DNA of 64,000 nucleotides from Euprymna scolopes (taxonomy: Eukaryota): assembly GCA_053919585.1 (NCBI GenBank), contig CM132792.1; one strand, written 5' to 3'. The translations under genes were made by a program, and so were the position numbers. Under the pieces are notes generated by a model, which was not told the DNA's origin, did no database searches, and saw nothing but the letters and a program-made list of their open reading frames with translations. Each line of letters begins with the position of its first letter. Position 1 is the stretch's first letter. Positions 13,095 to 25,962 of the stretch are shown here, in pieces.

Positions 13095-14208
13095 TTATAA
13101 AACTTACTATGTATGGCTGTCTCTCTCCATATTTTCAAACTCTATCCCTTCCGAAACTATAAGTCGCAGAACGATTGATTGGATTTTTATGGACCGTTCT
13201 TATATGCGTCTTTATCCGGTTAAAATAGTTTTTAAGGGATAAAAAAGGGGGGGGGTAAAATTGAAAAAAATCGTTATACATTTCGTACATACATTTTATT
13301 ATTTTATTTATTTTGTTTTAATCTGTTTATATGCGTGTCACGTTGGTACAGTAGTAACGTCAAGAGCTTTGAATGCTACAGTTTTGTTTTCAGTTTCGAT
13401 TCTAACCGATGGCAACAAAAAACTATGTTTTTTTTTGTTTTTTTTAATTTTGAAGTCACAACTCTATAATAATATATACGAAATCTGGACAAATTAAAAT
13501 AACATATTTAAGCGTATTTAACGACCGGTCAAAATTGGGCAACCACCCTCCTGGTAGTCTAATATATATAAGGCACTATTTCTGTATGTCTGTCTGTCTG
13601 CCTGTCTGTTTCCATATTTTCAAACTTTATCGCTACCATAACTAAAAATCACAGAGCGGCGCTAGAAGCCTCAAATGATTTAATATTCATGGAGCGTTTT
13701 TTATGGGTATTTAGCTAGATAAAATAGTTTTTAAGGGGTCAAAAATGGGTAAAAATTGAAAAAATCGTTATACATTTTGTACATTCATCTTAAATTATTT
13801 TTAATCAGTTCATATGCGGTCCACGTTGGTACAGTAGTAACGTCACGAACTTTGAATGCTACAGTTTTGCTTTCGGTTTCGATTCTAGCTGATGGCACCC
13901 AAATACTTTTTTACTTTTGAAATCACGACTCTATAATAATTAGGGCTAGGACAACAGTATATTCTTTTTATTGTTTTAACTCTTAAGTATGTATCCGTTG
14001 ATATCTTATATGCTTTTATATAGAGTGATGTGGTTCTCGGTTGATTAACTGTGTCTAACTGTGTCGGATATATACTCGAAAGTCAACCCAATGAAAATAA
14101 TATGCCATTGTCATAACCCTAATAATAATATATACAAAAATCTGGACAAATTAAAATATCATATTAAGCGTATTTTACAACCAAGCAATGCCGACCCCCC
14201 CCCAGTAG
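13095..14208 (+). mobile_element. Two head-to-tail non-autonomous Helitron-like units (13095-13557, 13558-14208)
   Basis: Unit 2 starts TCTAATATATATAA followed by (CTGT)n. Both units end in a GC-rich tract plus GTAG and are colinear with each other. The 3' part is shared with the 44.7, 52.0 and 63.5 kb elements. Confidence 0.7.
13941..14121. mobile_element. hAT-type MITE with 8-bp TSD
   Basis: TIRs TAGGGCTAGGACAA / TTGTCATAACCCTA and TSD ATAATAAT. The paralogous Helitron unit shows the empty site with a single ATAATAAT near 13465. Confidence 0.9.
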
Positions 14209-14413
14209 TCTCTAATATACAAAGTAGCCTGGATTGACGGTGTAATACTATGAATGTCTTTAGTTACGAAGAGAGTTATGAAATAACTCATAAAAAATAA
14301 GAAAATGTTGTTGGTAGTAAATGATCCAGTACAATAGTTAGAAATGATTCACAAATGCACATAAAGGCGACCAGAAATTGGATAGTTAGCCAGCTGGATA
14401 TGGCCGAGAGAGA

Positions 14414-14469
<56 letters not shown>

Positions 14470-14574
14470 CTGAGCGTGCTTAGATAAAAGACCGGACATA
14501 GGATTTCCGATTTTTTATCAATAACTTTAGAAGTGAGTGAATTTATGGGCAGTTTTTAATTTGAGGTAATGTAA

Positions 14575-15780
14575 CGTTACCCAACACGTTGTAGCCTCAG
14601 TTACAAAGTAGACAAAGAATTAAAAAGAACTTCAACTGGCTTTTTTTGTTGTACAACGACATTTATTTTTTCTTTCTCCCACCACACGTGACTTCTCGTT
14701 ACAGTTGTGACGTCTCTCGCGTGGTTTTCTTCTCGAACGTCGTCCAGGTCTCTAAGGTTATCGTTTTTCAAACGTGTTCTCTCCTTTTCATAGTCTTATT
14801 TTTCCTTACTGTGACGTCATTTCGCTCAGGGCTCGGTATGTCCGCGCTATGTTACAACAGTAGAGACAGTTGACGAAGGTTAACGGCTTGGAGATCTTTA
14901 AATAGATCGGAAAGATTCGGGTCGATGTCGAAGGCAAGCAGATGAGGAGATAACTTAATCAACCGACGGATGTCTCGACAACGTTTGGAAGTTGTTTATC
15001 TTACACAAACTCAAACCACAACTAGTTTATACACGACGAACGAAGTTTTTTTTTTATTTTGTATGTGCTGTTATATTTTACCTTTATGTTAGAGAATGGA
15101 TCAAGAGAGAAAGAGAGAGGGGGAGGTGTGTAAAATTATATTGAGACACGTTGACCGGAAGTCAGGATCAGCTGATCGGATTGCGTGTGAGTCACGTGAT
15201 CAGGTTAGCTGAATCGTGGAGATTTGGTTTAGACTTAGAAGAGGGCGGACGGCTTCACCTTGTCTCCTCCCCTTCACTGTCACTTTCCATCCTCTGCGAG
15301 ATATCTGGAAAGTGAAATAAACTATAAAACTAATTCTTTGTCTTTGAGTGATTGAATCTTCGTCCAAAACAGGTACCAGGTCTCCCCTCCAAGACGAGAT
15401 GTTTCCAGATGGACCAACGTCCAAGATGCAGAAGGTATGTTGAAAAATACATGTACTACCCACACACACACAACGGCATATGAACATACCATTTAATAGA
15501 CTGGACCACTAGACGATCACATAACATTAATTCTGATTAGACGATCACACGCACACACGATCCCCTTTATTAGAGATAACAACACAACATTTATTCTTGT
15601 AAACAAATGCCCCATCGGCAATCGCTGATATGAGAAACAACAGCACAGCTAGAAGAATAAGAAGAAGCAAAGACGAAGAAGAAGGAAAGCACGACAAACA
15701 GCTTTGAGGTTAGTGATTGTCAAAAGGGGAACAAACATGGACGACTACGTTAACAAAGACAATAAACAATGTAAACATCT
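14575..15780. mobile_element. Cluster of nested LTR-like fragments
   Basis: CpG- and AG-rich blocks with convergent AATAAA/TTTATT signals and TG..CA-like ends. Boundaries unresolved. Confidence 0.4.
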
Positions 15781-15893
15781 ATTATGTTTCACTATTCGTC
15801 CATTTTGATGAATTTTGCTTATGAATTTGAGAAAATAGACTGCGTGTTCTAATAATTATAACAAAATTCGAAGTGATGTCCAGTTGCATTTTT

Positions 15894-16658
15894 AGTACTT
15901 CTGCAGTTTAAAGCCCGTTTTTTCCGTGAATATCACTCGGCAACACCCGGCGGAAGACGGAAACCGTCAGAGTATACCGAGGGAACGAAAGTTAATAAAA
16001 TAAAAACCGAACCAAAAGAAAGAAAATAAAACAATCTATCGTAATAATTTAATAAATTTTACTGTTTTATATTTTTTTTATGGCAACTTTTTTTTCTGTT
16101 TTTTTTTTGGGGGGGGGGTAATAAAAGTGTTGTTTCTTTGAATTAGTGAACAAATATATTTTTGTTTTATTTTGTTTTGTGTATGGAAAGTAATTTGGGT
16201 ATTTTTTTTACGACCTGACCCAGCGTAGTATAAACACCTCCAACCTCCCCCGATGTTGAGAACGCCTTTCGAGGTTAGGGGGGTTTATTCCGAAAACCGT
16301 TTTTATGCGGAGGTTGGGGATGTTTATTATGAAAGCCGTTCTTAACATGGAAGGTTGAGGGTGTTTATTTCGAAAGCCGTTCTTAACATGGAGAGGTTGG
16401 GAGGTTTATACTGGAATTATTAATTTTTCCTTTCTTGTCACGAGACTTGTTGCTTAAAGATACGCAATGATACTCCGTCATTTTCCCTTTTATTCCTTTT
16501 AAGCTCTTTCCTTTCTTTTTTTTTTTTCCTTCTAATTTTAACCGGTTGCTCGCTTGCGTCTCTTTTTGCTAAGCGGTATAATCCGGCTGTTTCCGTCGTT
16601 CGCCGGACGTTGCCGAACGAGACTCACAGAAAAGCGGACTTTACACTGCACAAATACT
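15894..16658. mobile_element. Inverted-repeat (fold-back) element with a nested inverted/tandem repeat core
   Basis: 15894-15979 is the diverged reverse complement of 16574-16658. The inner 16227-16412 has TIR-like AGTATAAAC/GTTTATACT ends and about 40-bp tandem units. Confidence 0.65.
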
Positions 16659-17303
16659 GCACTTTTTGCTGAACAATAACACAAGCAAATTGCAGTTATA
16701 ACATAATTCAGGTAATACGAATAGAAGATGATCGTTGAGAACTTGCCTAAATGATAAGCATGATCTTTCTAATGTAAAAAGTGGAAAACAGAGAAACAAA
16801 GATACAAAATTAACACCATCATCTTAGAGGCAGATGCACCGAAAGATGTTTATATGATTAATGATTGCAGCTTCTTAAAAGAATTGAAAGAAGAGTGCTA
16901 TTATCTCTTTTGAACATAAAGCCTTTCAGAATCATTCATGAAATTAGAGGTAAGTAATCACGAAGAAATCTTTTTCTCGTTTCTTTTTAGTGTATATGTT
17001 AGTAAAAAATAAACGATGAATAATGAGAAATGTTTTTTAGAAAATGCACCTACTCAATTTACATGTTTCAGAATATACATAATTAGCGGGACCAGCGGAA
17101 ATTCCACGGTGCTTTCTACGCCGATCATGATAAATTATGTTAATAATAATATTCTTTTGAGAATGAATGCCTGCCAGGATCAATACTATCAAAAATAACT
17201 CTTTCTACTTTGGTAAAACTATTTTTTCATTCAGGTTGATGGCTGAAGAAGTGTTTGTTTGCATGGGATTTGAACATATTGTAGTGGGAAACAGTATCAT
17301 GGT

Positions 17304-17689
17304 CAATTTATTTATTGCGGACTATTATCCTCATCTATATTAGTTATTTCACGACGCGCCTCGTAGCGCAATGGATAGAGATGTTAAATCTACGGTTCCA
17401 GGTGAGAATTGTCTGAAGATAGCGGCTTCAATCCTACCCAAAGCCGATCAGAGGCTTACTTGGCCAAATTGTGGTGAGACGACAACAACTATGGATGGCA
17501 GTAATTGCTGAGAATGCAGTTAGGAGATTCGGAGTTCCTATCCCGTCGCGGTTACCACCTGACGAAGGCCAGAGGAATAGTTGGCCCAAACGTCGTGAAA
17601 CAACAATAAAGATGAGGATAATAGTCCGCAATAAATAAATTAATAAATAATACTCATCTCAATAATGAATTCCAATTAAAAACTATATA
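17304..17689 (+). mobile_element. tRNA-headed SINE-like element with Penelope-type hammerhead tail and inverted 5' tail copy
   Basis: TSD AGTATCATGGT (17293-17303 / 17690-17700). Inverted arm 17305-17356; head TCGTAGCGCAATGGATAGAG; CTGACGA-AGGCCA..TGGCC-CAAACGTC at 17559-17594. Confidence 0.85.
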
Positions 17690-18051
17690 AGTATCATGGT
17701 AGTTTATTCCTTAGATGGACGCTATAAGACATCACATTTGTTTCTCGGGGTTTCGCTTGGTCTTTTGTAGAGAGAGAGAGAGAGAAAGAGAGAGAGGGGG
17801 GTCTTTTTTGAGGTTGTAGCCTGGCGAATGTTTGCTGTGACTGTTTTACGGGAGACGAGAGATTGAAGCTCAGTCGTACATATAATGAATATAAGGATAC
17901 AGTAGAGAAAGGTTACTAGCATCTGCTCTACATGAGAGGTGTATAGGGAAGTGAAGAGATGAACCCCGGTAGATTGCGATATCGGTTTAGAACTCTGTCG
18001 GGGTAAGAAATAATGTTCCAAATAGAACCTCATCAGATATGGTGCACTCCA

Positions 18052-18292
18052 TTCATATACGGCACAATCAAGTTGACACACATATCTTGCCAGATCATCG
18101 AAGTTAAGCAACGTTGAGCCTGGCCAGTACCAGATGGGTGACCATTTTGGAAGTCGAAGCGCTGTATGGACCGTGAGGTAAAATACCAGGTTGGAAAACT
18201 TGCGCGTTCTATTCTTCTCTCGAGGGTAGATGGGCCTCTCTTAAGCCGTGGTAGGCAACAAATCTAGTGATGGCATCACAATAAAAAAAAAA
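18052..18292 (+). mobile_element. 5S rRNA-derived SINE (SINE3-like) or 5S pseudogene with tail
   Basis: GATCATCGAAGTTAAGCAACGTTGAGCCTGG (box A region) and GATGGGTGACC (box C), closing helix ending GCTGTATGGA at 18170. About 110 bp of unrelated body follows, ending in poly(A). Confidence 0.75.
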
Positions 18293-19289
18293 GTACCCTT
18301 GATAGCCCTGACGGAGCATCAAGTATTCAGCTACGGACAAGATTTGAATTACTCTACAAACTCGTGTTGTAAGTTCAATCTCGGCTGCGGCCGCATGTTA
18401 CGTTTTACCATTTATGACGGATTTACCTCTTATAAAGGTAGAAGATTGCGTCAGGAGTAAGGTACTTCCAAGAAAAATAAAATTATCATACCATTTTTCT
18501 AGCAACTAAAAAATTTGATGTAAGTTTTCCACTTCAGATTTCAAGTAAAATCAGTTGCAGGAGATTATCAAGGAAATAGTTCATTAATGTGAGAACTATT
18601 CGTTTCAACTGGTGATAAATGACCATCCTAGCTTGTTTTTCTGGAAAATAACAAGCCACTTTCCCCTATATAGTGCTCCAAGAGTGAAGAGGAGAAAAAG
18701 AATAGAAACACCTTTGCCATAGGCTCTCTTCGAAGTGCTACCATAGATATTAATTTCAGCTGGATAGATATCAACAGATGATCTCAGTATATGATTTCAA
18801 AGATCATATATGTTGATCAGAAAGAGGGCAGTGTCCAGAATTAATTTCGTTACGCCGGCGTGTATATTATCAGTCTAACAATCATTTTAATAGACATGTC
18901 GGAGAACGATGATCAATCATACCAGTTATTATAGGTGCCATAGGGCGTATGAAGAAGAACATGAACCTAACTAATATTCCTGGTAAACCAAGTGGCAAAC
19001 TCTAGACAAAACATTTTTATATCGTCGGCTCTCACTTGTGTCCGAGTATCGGGTTCTGTCGTCTTTCTGCTATCCTTTTCATTAATGTTTATGTGTGATA
19101 TGACTTTGTATGTATAAAGAGCTATTGCCCTAGAAACGATGTCCACGTTAATAAATTCACTGACCTGTATGATATCAAAGTGAGCACATCAGCTGAATAT
19201 CTTGCGGGGCGAAATCCATATTATTTGTTTTTAAGTAAATTGTTTCTGTGTAGATGGTTAATAACTAATGGTTTTTACATATTCGAGCA

Positions 19290-20340
19290 ACTTACTCATG
19301 ACGCTCAGGGTACTGGCCGATCTGTACTGAGGTGCAGAGGATCGATCTCCTGTATTTTTTCATATTGAGCATTCTAGCGAAGTCTTTCAATGTGAATGTA
19401 AGCGTTTCTTGATTAAGCAACGACTGAAAATTTTGCAAGGATAGGAACTATTTATGGTTGCATTTTCTTGAGTATGGTTGCATTTTCTTTAATTTTGCAA
19501 GGATAAGAACTATTTATAGTTGCATTTTCATGACTGGAATGTTGTCAGTACCAATTGCCTTGTTTGTAGCAATTGCTTTGTTTGTAGCAATTGCTTTGTT
19601 TGTAGCAATTGCTTTGTTTGTAACAATTGCTTTGTGATAAATTTGGCAAGTTATTTAGATGTTGCTTAGAGTACTATTAGTCATTAGCGAAGGTGGATTC
19701 TGGGGCTAATTGGTCCTAATCACAAATGGAATTTGTTGAGAAGTCTTTTGCGAGAATTTCAGCTTTATCAGATGCTAAGATCTTTACCACATAGGAAGTC
19801 ATCACTGATGTATACACGTATCTTATGATCAGAGCTAAGACAACAGCATATTATTTTCATTGTTTTTACTCTCGAGTATATATCAGACACAATTAATCAA
19901 CCTAGGATCACGTCACTCTACATAAAAAACATATAAGATATCAATGGATATATACCTGAGAAACAAGGAAAAGAAAATTCTTTTGTCATAGCCCTAGTTA
20001 TGACTATGGCGGTGTAGGGGATTAATTCTTGAGATCATATTCAAGTGATGACGGTGCTAGTTTAACACAAAAATAGGTACGGTTTAGCCTCCTGCAAATA
20101 GATTTCAACTTCTGGAAGGTTAGAATGTAGGCGTCTAATATTAGAGAGAAAAACCTGGTAGAAAGGATATACGTTAGAATTCGTAATTCTAAGTTTTCAT
20201 TTATGTTTTGTCTTATAAGTTTTCTATGATTGCATTGGAAGTTAAGCAAGGGCGTTAGGAGCAGAACACACACAGAATGAGTAAGAAAAAGATAATTTCT
20301 GTAGACCACTGAAAAATGAAAATCCGGGGAACCTATGGTC
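19290..20340 (-). mobile_element. Degenerate CR1-group LINE fragment
   Basis: KAIGTDNIPV-like and PILAK-like remnants. Contains an 18-bp tandem repeat (CAATTGCTTTGTTTGTAG, about 4.7 copies) and a MITE insertion. Confidence 0.55.
19830..19996. mobile_element. hAT-type MITE, same family as 13941-14121 in opposite orientation
   Basis: CAGAGCTAAGACAA..TTGTCATAGCCCTA with imperfect 8-bp TSD CTTATGAT/GTTATGAC. Confidence 0.8.
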
Positions 20341-20434
20341 TTTGTCTAGCTACCCTCTCCAGCCAGAGCTTGACAGTAGTGAATAGCAACCCAAAGTAGC
20401 TATTATAATGGTTTAGTAAAAACGTAATATTGAT

Positions 20435-20666
20435 GCAATACATCGACAAACTGATAACATTCAAAACGTAAAGGATAAATAATGAATATTTCTTTCATTT
20501 ATCGTTATTTGGTATACTATTATAATATTACATAAAAAAGTCTTTTATGAATGGAAATGTCTGAGTGAGATCTAAAGGGCCGGAGGTAACATCAGATGTG
20601 AACTCAACGAAAACATGTGACTTCAGAGCTGAGATAATTTTACGTCTTCCTGGCGTGATTTAAGTT
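20435..20666 (+). repeat. Dispersed repeat of about 230 bp, copy 1 (copy 2 at 27737-27972)
   Basis: GCAATACA.CGACAAACTGATAACATTCAAAACG...CCTGGCGTGATTTAAGTT occurs at both loci. Confidence 0.85.
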
Positions 20667-20831
20667 GTTATGTATCGAGCAGCATCACTGGGAGGGGCTA
20701 GGGTTCACAATGTAACAAGATATAGAGAGACCAGCTATCTGTCTACATCTCTCCGCCATTCTTTTCTTTCTTCTTTCTTTCTTTTATTCATTCGCTTTTT
20801 CTCTGTATATATATATATGTATATATATATG

Positions 20832-21213
20832 CAGGGTGTCCACAAAGTCTGGTTACATTATGTAGTTAGACTTTGTGGAAGTATCCTGTAGATTATATAG
20901 CNNNNNNNNNNNNNNNNNNNNNNNNNNNNNNNNNNNNNNNNNNNNNNNNNNNNNNNNNNNNNNNNNNNNNNNNNNNNNNNNNNNNNNNNNNNNNNNNNNN
21001 NNNNNNNNNNNNNNNNNNNNNNNNNNNNNNNNNNNNNNNNNNNNNNNNNNNNNNNNNNNNNNNNNNNNNNNNNNNNNNNNNNNNNNNNNNNNNNNNNNNN
21101 NNNNNNNNNNNNNNNNNNNNNNNNNNNNNNNNNNNNNNNNNNNNNNNNNNNNNNNNNNNNNNNNNNNNNNGGCTGCATAATCTACAGGATGCTTCCACAA
21201 AGTCTGGCTGCTA
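20832..21213. repeat. Mariner-TIR-like fold-back with about 35-bp units spanning an assembly gap
   Basis: Starts CAGGGTGTCCACAAAGTC. AGACTTTGTGGAAG.ATCCTGTAGATTAT appears in inverted orientation on either side of the N-run. Confidence 0.55.
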
Positions 21214-21218
21214 TACCC

Positions 21219-21292
<74 letters not shown>

Positions 21293-21691
21293 CTGTTGGG
21301 ACGATTAATTGGAATCAGAATCGAGAATCGGAAAAATCGGAAGATTTGGGGCTATCGGAATCGGTATCAGAATCGGAAAAATTGATGCCTACTTTTTATT
21401 CCAAAACGATTCTTTTGTTTTTGTTTTTTATTTGATTTTGTTTGAAGTAAAGTCTTCTATTGCTGGTAATAATGATAAAATACTAAATATTTGTTGACTT
21501 TAATCCATCAGTGAAGCTAAAATCGATATATCATCTCACACAAGTGTCTTTTAACGTTTAGGAAAATATCTGCCTATTTAACATGTGTTTTTACGAAACT
21601 CGGGGAAAATAACAATTAGAAATTTATAAAGAATCGGAGTCGATAATAGTATTGGAATCGGGAATTTAGCAAGAAATCGGTAATTATATCG

Positions 21692-21693
<2 letters not shown>
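21293..21693 (+). mobile_element. GAATCG-repeat non-autonomous element (family of 4395-4724)
   Basis: TGTTGGGACGATTAATTGGAATC.. followed by repeated GAATCGG; flanked by (TA)n. Confidence 0.65.
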
Positions 21694-21762
<69 letters not shown>

Positions 21763-21765
<3 letters not shown>

Positions 21766-23977
21766 TGAAACTCCTTTAATTTGAACTTTCTCTAAAGTTC
21801 GCCTCTCTCTCATTTGGACTTCTTCTAAACCTGGACTTTCTCTAAACTTGAACTGTCTCGTCATTGAAATTGTATTAGCATATTTGATGCGGAGTTGCAG
21901 TAAAACTGTTTACATGGTTTAGTTAGATATTGCGCAGAAATGTTAATATTAATACTATGTAATTAATGTAGATTAGCTATCGATAATTAATTTACACTAA
22001 CTGTAAAAAAATTTACAGATTTCTATATTTAAAATAGTGTAAAACAACCCATCACAATGGCTTGCAACTGTAAAAGAAAACAAGTGACACTGACTTTACT
22101 CGAAAAACGTCAAATTATAGAAAAATAAGATGCTGGAGTTGAAAATAGCGTTATATTGAGAGATTATAAGATTGGAAAAAGTACACTGTTTTACATCAAA
22201 AAGAAAAAGGAGGAAATATTGAAGGTTGCTCCTTTCTCTCCAAATAAAAGACACGTACAAAAAAATGACTATTCGCAGACCAAAGCAAGTTGAATTCGAT
22301 CGAATATTGCATGAGTGGTTTGTAGCAAAACGGAATGAAGGTTTAGCAATATCTGGGCCCATCTTAATTTCTAAAGCAAAATCTCTTAAGGAAGAGTTGA
22401 ATATCGCAGAAGATATGAAATTCAGTAATGGCTGGCTTAGGAGCTTTAGAGTAGACATGGTATAAGACAATTAACAATGTCAGGCAAACAACGGTCTGCT
22501 GATACACACGCATCATCAAATTATTGTGACAAATTCAAGACGATAATTGCCGATTATAGTTTAACACCAGAGGATGTTTACAACGCTGATGAAAGTGGCG
22601 TAAATTGGAAGTGCTTACCTCCAAAAACATTAGCCGGATCCGAGGAGCAGAAAATAAAAGGATACAAATTAAATAAAGAAAGACTAACAGTGATGGTATG
22701 CGCTAATGCTTCTGGAACTCATAAACTTAAGCTTCTTGTCATCGGCAAATCAAAGAGTCCCCGAGCACTGAAAGGAGTTTCGCCTTTGCCAGTATCCTAT
22801 TATTCTTCACGAAATGGATGGATGACTCAACAGTTGTTTAAAAAATGGCTTTTGCAAGAATTTGTGCCAGTTGTCCAGAGGCGTTTTCTTGAATTAGGTA
22901 AACCTGATTCAAACTGCTTGCTTCTATTGGACAATTGTAGAGCACATCCTCCTGAGTCAGAACTAGTGTCATCTTACTGGAATATTTTTGTGTGCTACTT
23001 ACCAACTAATGTGACTTCTTTCATCCAACCTATGGATCAAGGGATTATTTGGAACTTAAAATGTTTCTACAGAAATGATTTCATGATGAATATGATAAAT
23101 AGTACAGTGAGTATAAGCGATTTTCAGCGCCATTCTACTATCAAAGATGCCATATTTTCTCTCGCAAGTGCATGGAATCAAGTTCGAGCAAGCACATTAA
23201 CAGATCATGGTGTAAATTATGCCCAGTGACAAAGGCTTCTGAACTGAAAGAATCAAAGAATACATCTGGTCTAGAAAAAATTCATGAAACCAAACGGTTA
23301 CCGACTAACCACGCTGTTCTTAAATCACAATGCAAATGATGTTGAAATGTGGGTGCAACAAGATGGGGAAAATACTGATCAATATCCTGAAGGCAGTAAT
23401 GGTGATGAAAATAGCTCCCATTCTCTTGACCCTAATGTAAATAACCAAGAGCACTCTGATGAAGCAATATCATGGGATGATGCAGAAAAGCCTATGGAGA
23501 CGGCTATAAAATTTCTAGAAAAAAGTCCTTACTTTAGTGGCAACTATGTTTTGCAAGCAATGTCACTCCGAAGAGATATAATCATAAAGAAGCTACAGAA
23601 CCAAGAAATTGTAGATTTTCGTGATCGCTTACGGAATACAATGGCAGCACCCGAGAGCTCAATCTATGAAAATAGAAACTGCAATGAGACTCATTCAATG
23701 AATAACTAAAAAAAAACTGTAGTAGATGATAACTTAGGTAATAAATACCTAACAAGATTTAATTTATTTTCAATGTTTTTGTTCCTGGTAATAATATTTA
23801 ACAATTCTTACTTGCAATATATCGTAAACTCAACTTAATATATACTTGGAGTATCATATAGCAATGAATTTCATTTACTATTTCTTAATTCTTAGAAAAT
23901 TAAAGTTAACTGCAGCACATTTTTTTATCACGAAACTTGTACAGCATCCTATAATTTGAACGAAGCGGATATTCAAA
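21763..23977 (+). mobile_element. pogo/Tigger DNA transposon
   Basis: TA|CAGTGAAACTCCTTTAAT terminus with repeated TTGAACTTTCTCTAA subterminal motifs. The right end probably lies in the gap. Confidence 0.85.
22057..23709 (+). pseudogene. Tigger/Jerky-like transposase (psq HTH, CENP-B HTH, DDE_1), disrupted
   Basis: KRKQVTLTLLEK..GKSTL, EWFVAKRNEGLAISGPIL..FSNGWL, VYNADESG, LLLLDNCRAH and IQPMDQGII. One early stop and frameshifts near 22.2, 22.45 and 23.2 kb. Confidence 0.92.
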
Positions 23978-24749
23978 NNNNNNNNNNNNNNNNNNNNNNN
24001 NNNNNNNNNNNNNNNNNNNNNNNNNNNNNNNNNNNNNNNNNNNNNNNNNNNNNNNNNNNNNNNNNNNNNNNNNNNNNNNNNNNNNNNNNNNNNNNNNNNN
24101 NNNNNCTGAACAGAATGAACCCATCAACAGTCGATCGAAAACCTTAAATTTAAACAGCGGGCTATAATGTTTAATATATGCNNNNNNNNNNNNNNNNNNN
24201 NNNNNNNNNNNNNNNNNNNNNNNNNNNNNNNNNNNNNNNNNNNNNNNNNNNNNNNNNNNNNNNNNNNNNNNNNNNNNNNNNNNNNNNNNNNNNNNNNNNN
24301 NNNNNNNNNNNNNNNNNNNNNNNNNNNNNNNNNNNNNNNNNNNNNNNNNNNNNNNNNNNNNNNNNNNNNNNNNNNNAGTTTACCAATCATTATGAATCAG
24401 AAATTGTTCAGATATTATTTTTACGATATATTAAACCGAAAAGTATGAAAAATGAACGTCATTGTCTTTTTAAGTTGACGTTTCTTGCAAAAGAAAATCG
24501 GATATGGATGTGAGTGAAGGTAAATGATAAATCATTTTCTGCCTGCCGCGATAATAATAGACAACAAAGTGATTAAAAAATCGAATGTTTTCTCTCTTAG
24601 TCTAATAATTCCAGGATCCTCATACGTCATGACAACAAAAAAATGTGAATGACTTCTATATTCAAACGACTAAGAGAACAGGTACGCAGCAGGAAGCACA
24701 TATCATTTCTGAAGTTAAGAACGTGGCAATACATTGACAGTTCTTACTG

Positions 24750-25123
24750 CTATATATTCACGTGAAACTATACTGGCAAAGCATGAGAGGAACCTTGATG
24801 CCTTTGAAATAAAATGTTTAAGATCTAATCGTGAAATTAATTTTGGAGATAGACGAAGAATACGGACCCAGCATACAGCTTAGTGTTAACAGATCCACGA
24901 ACGACATTGTTTTTAAGAGATTAACATGGTTCAGATATATTTACTGAATATCAAGATAATTTAATTGAAAACATAACAGAAGGATCATGAATGAGTTGAG
25001 TTAGCCAGATGAAAAAAGTTGCGATTGGGTTGTCGATTCTTCTAGTTGAATTGTTAGACCATGACAAGTGCCGAAATCTTGTTGTCAAGCATGTGACGAA
25101 GTATGCGCATAAGTAAAGTAAGT
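24750..25123 (+). mobile_element. Degenerate RTE LINE 3' fragment
   Basis: LDAFEIKCLR..KRLTWF remnants; ends TAAGTAAAGTAAG. Confidence 0.6.
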
Positions 25124-25962
25124 TCAGTTATCTTTTATAGTATTTATGTAAGGTTTTATTCAAGTAAACATTAAAAATTAAAACGTTTTACCGGTCACTG
25201 TACTTTTTATTGGTCACTGCTTATTGTGAGATAATATCTCACCTAAATTCTGCTCTTGGCAGAATGAAAGAAAGCAAACAGGAATCACAACAGGCTCACC
25301 TTTAAACCTCAACGTAAATTTTATTAAAGTAAAAAGATCCAAATTACAAAAAATGTGCCCTCTTTAGCCCTCTGCCGAAACAGAGCTGGTAACACCCGTA
25401 AGGGTAATAGTTCTTGGTTTATCTTCGCGTTTGCAGGATTCAAGGCTTCACGCTGTTCGAAGAATAGTTGCAATAAGTCGATGAGTTAAGTGATGCCTTC
25501 CAAGGATGAATGCTGCAAATCCGGTAATCATCATGGAGTTCACTGTAAAAAAACCGTCCGAATGGTGGACAAAGTCAGGTCAAAATGTAGACCTTAAATT
25601 CGTCTCGGAGATACATTATACTAGTAATGAGGAAAGTCAATCAATGGTAGAGCACAACAGTGGACAAAGAATACAATATTTCGCCGAACGTAAGGGCATT
25701 GGTGTTTGCAAATTATAATAACATTTCCGCCAACGTTAGGGCATTAATACGTCTACATGAGACAAGGGGGTTTGAGGCTACATGCCTCGAGTGAGTTTTC
25801 TTACGTCCATTCGACCTGTTGTCCTTGTGAAAACTGGGGCAACCTGAGACATAAAAATAGCGTCAAAAATACGGCTCGGCAGTTAGTAACAACAATCAAT
25901 CTGATAGGTCCAAACAAAATCGTGGGTAGTCAAACCGACCGATGTTTATGTAATGTACTGGG

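Noticed and set aside
16712-16949. Exon-like block ending GAG|GTAAGT
   Set aside because: Stops in all three frames and no supporting neighbouring exons.
18052-18170. Functional 5S rRNA gene
   Set aside because: Diverged, lacks an oligo-T terminator after the 3' end, and is not in an array.
20853-21292. ORFs containing X runs or YI/ER repeats (also near 8.5, 24, 45 and 53.3 kb)
   Set aside because: Artefacts of N gaps and microsatellites.
22477-23229. Domesticated Tigger/Jerky-like host gene
   Set aside because: A stop, frameshifts and a retained TIR indicate a decayed transposon.
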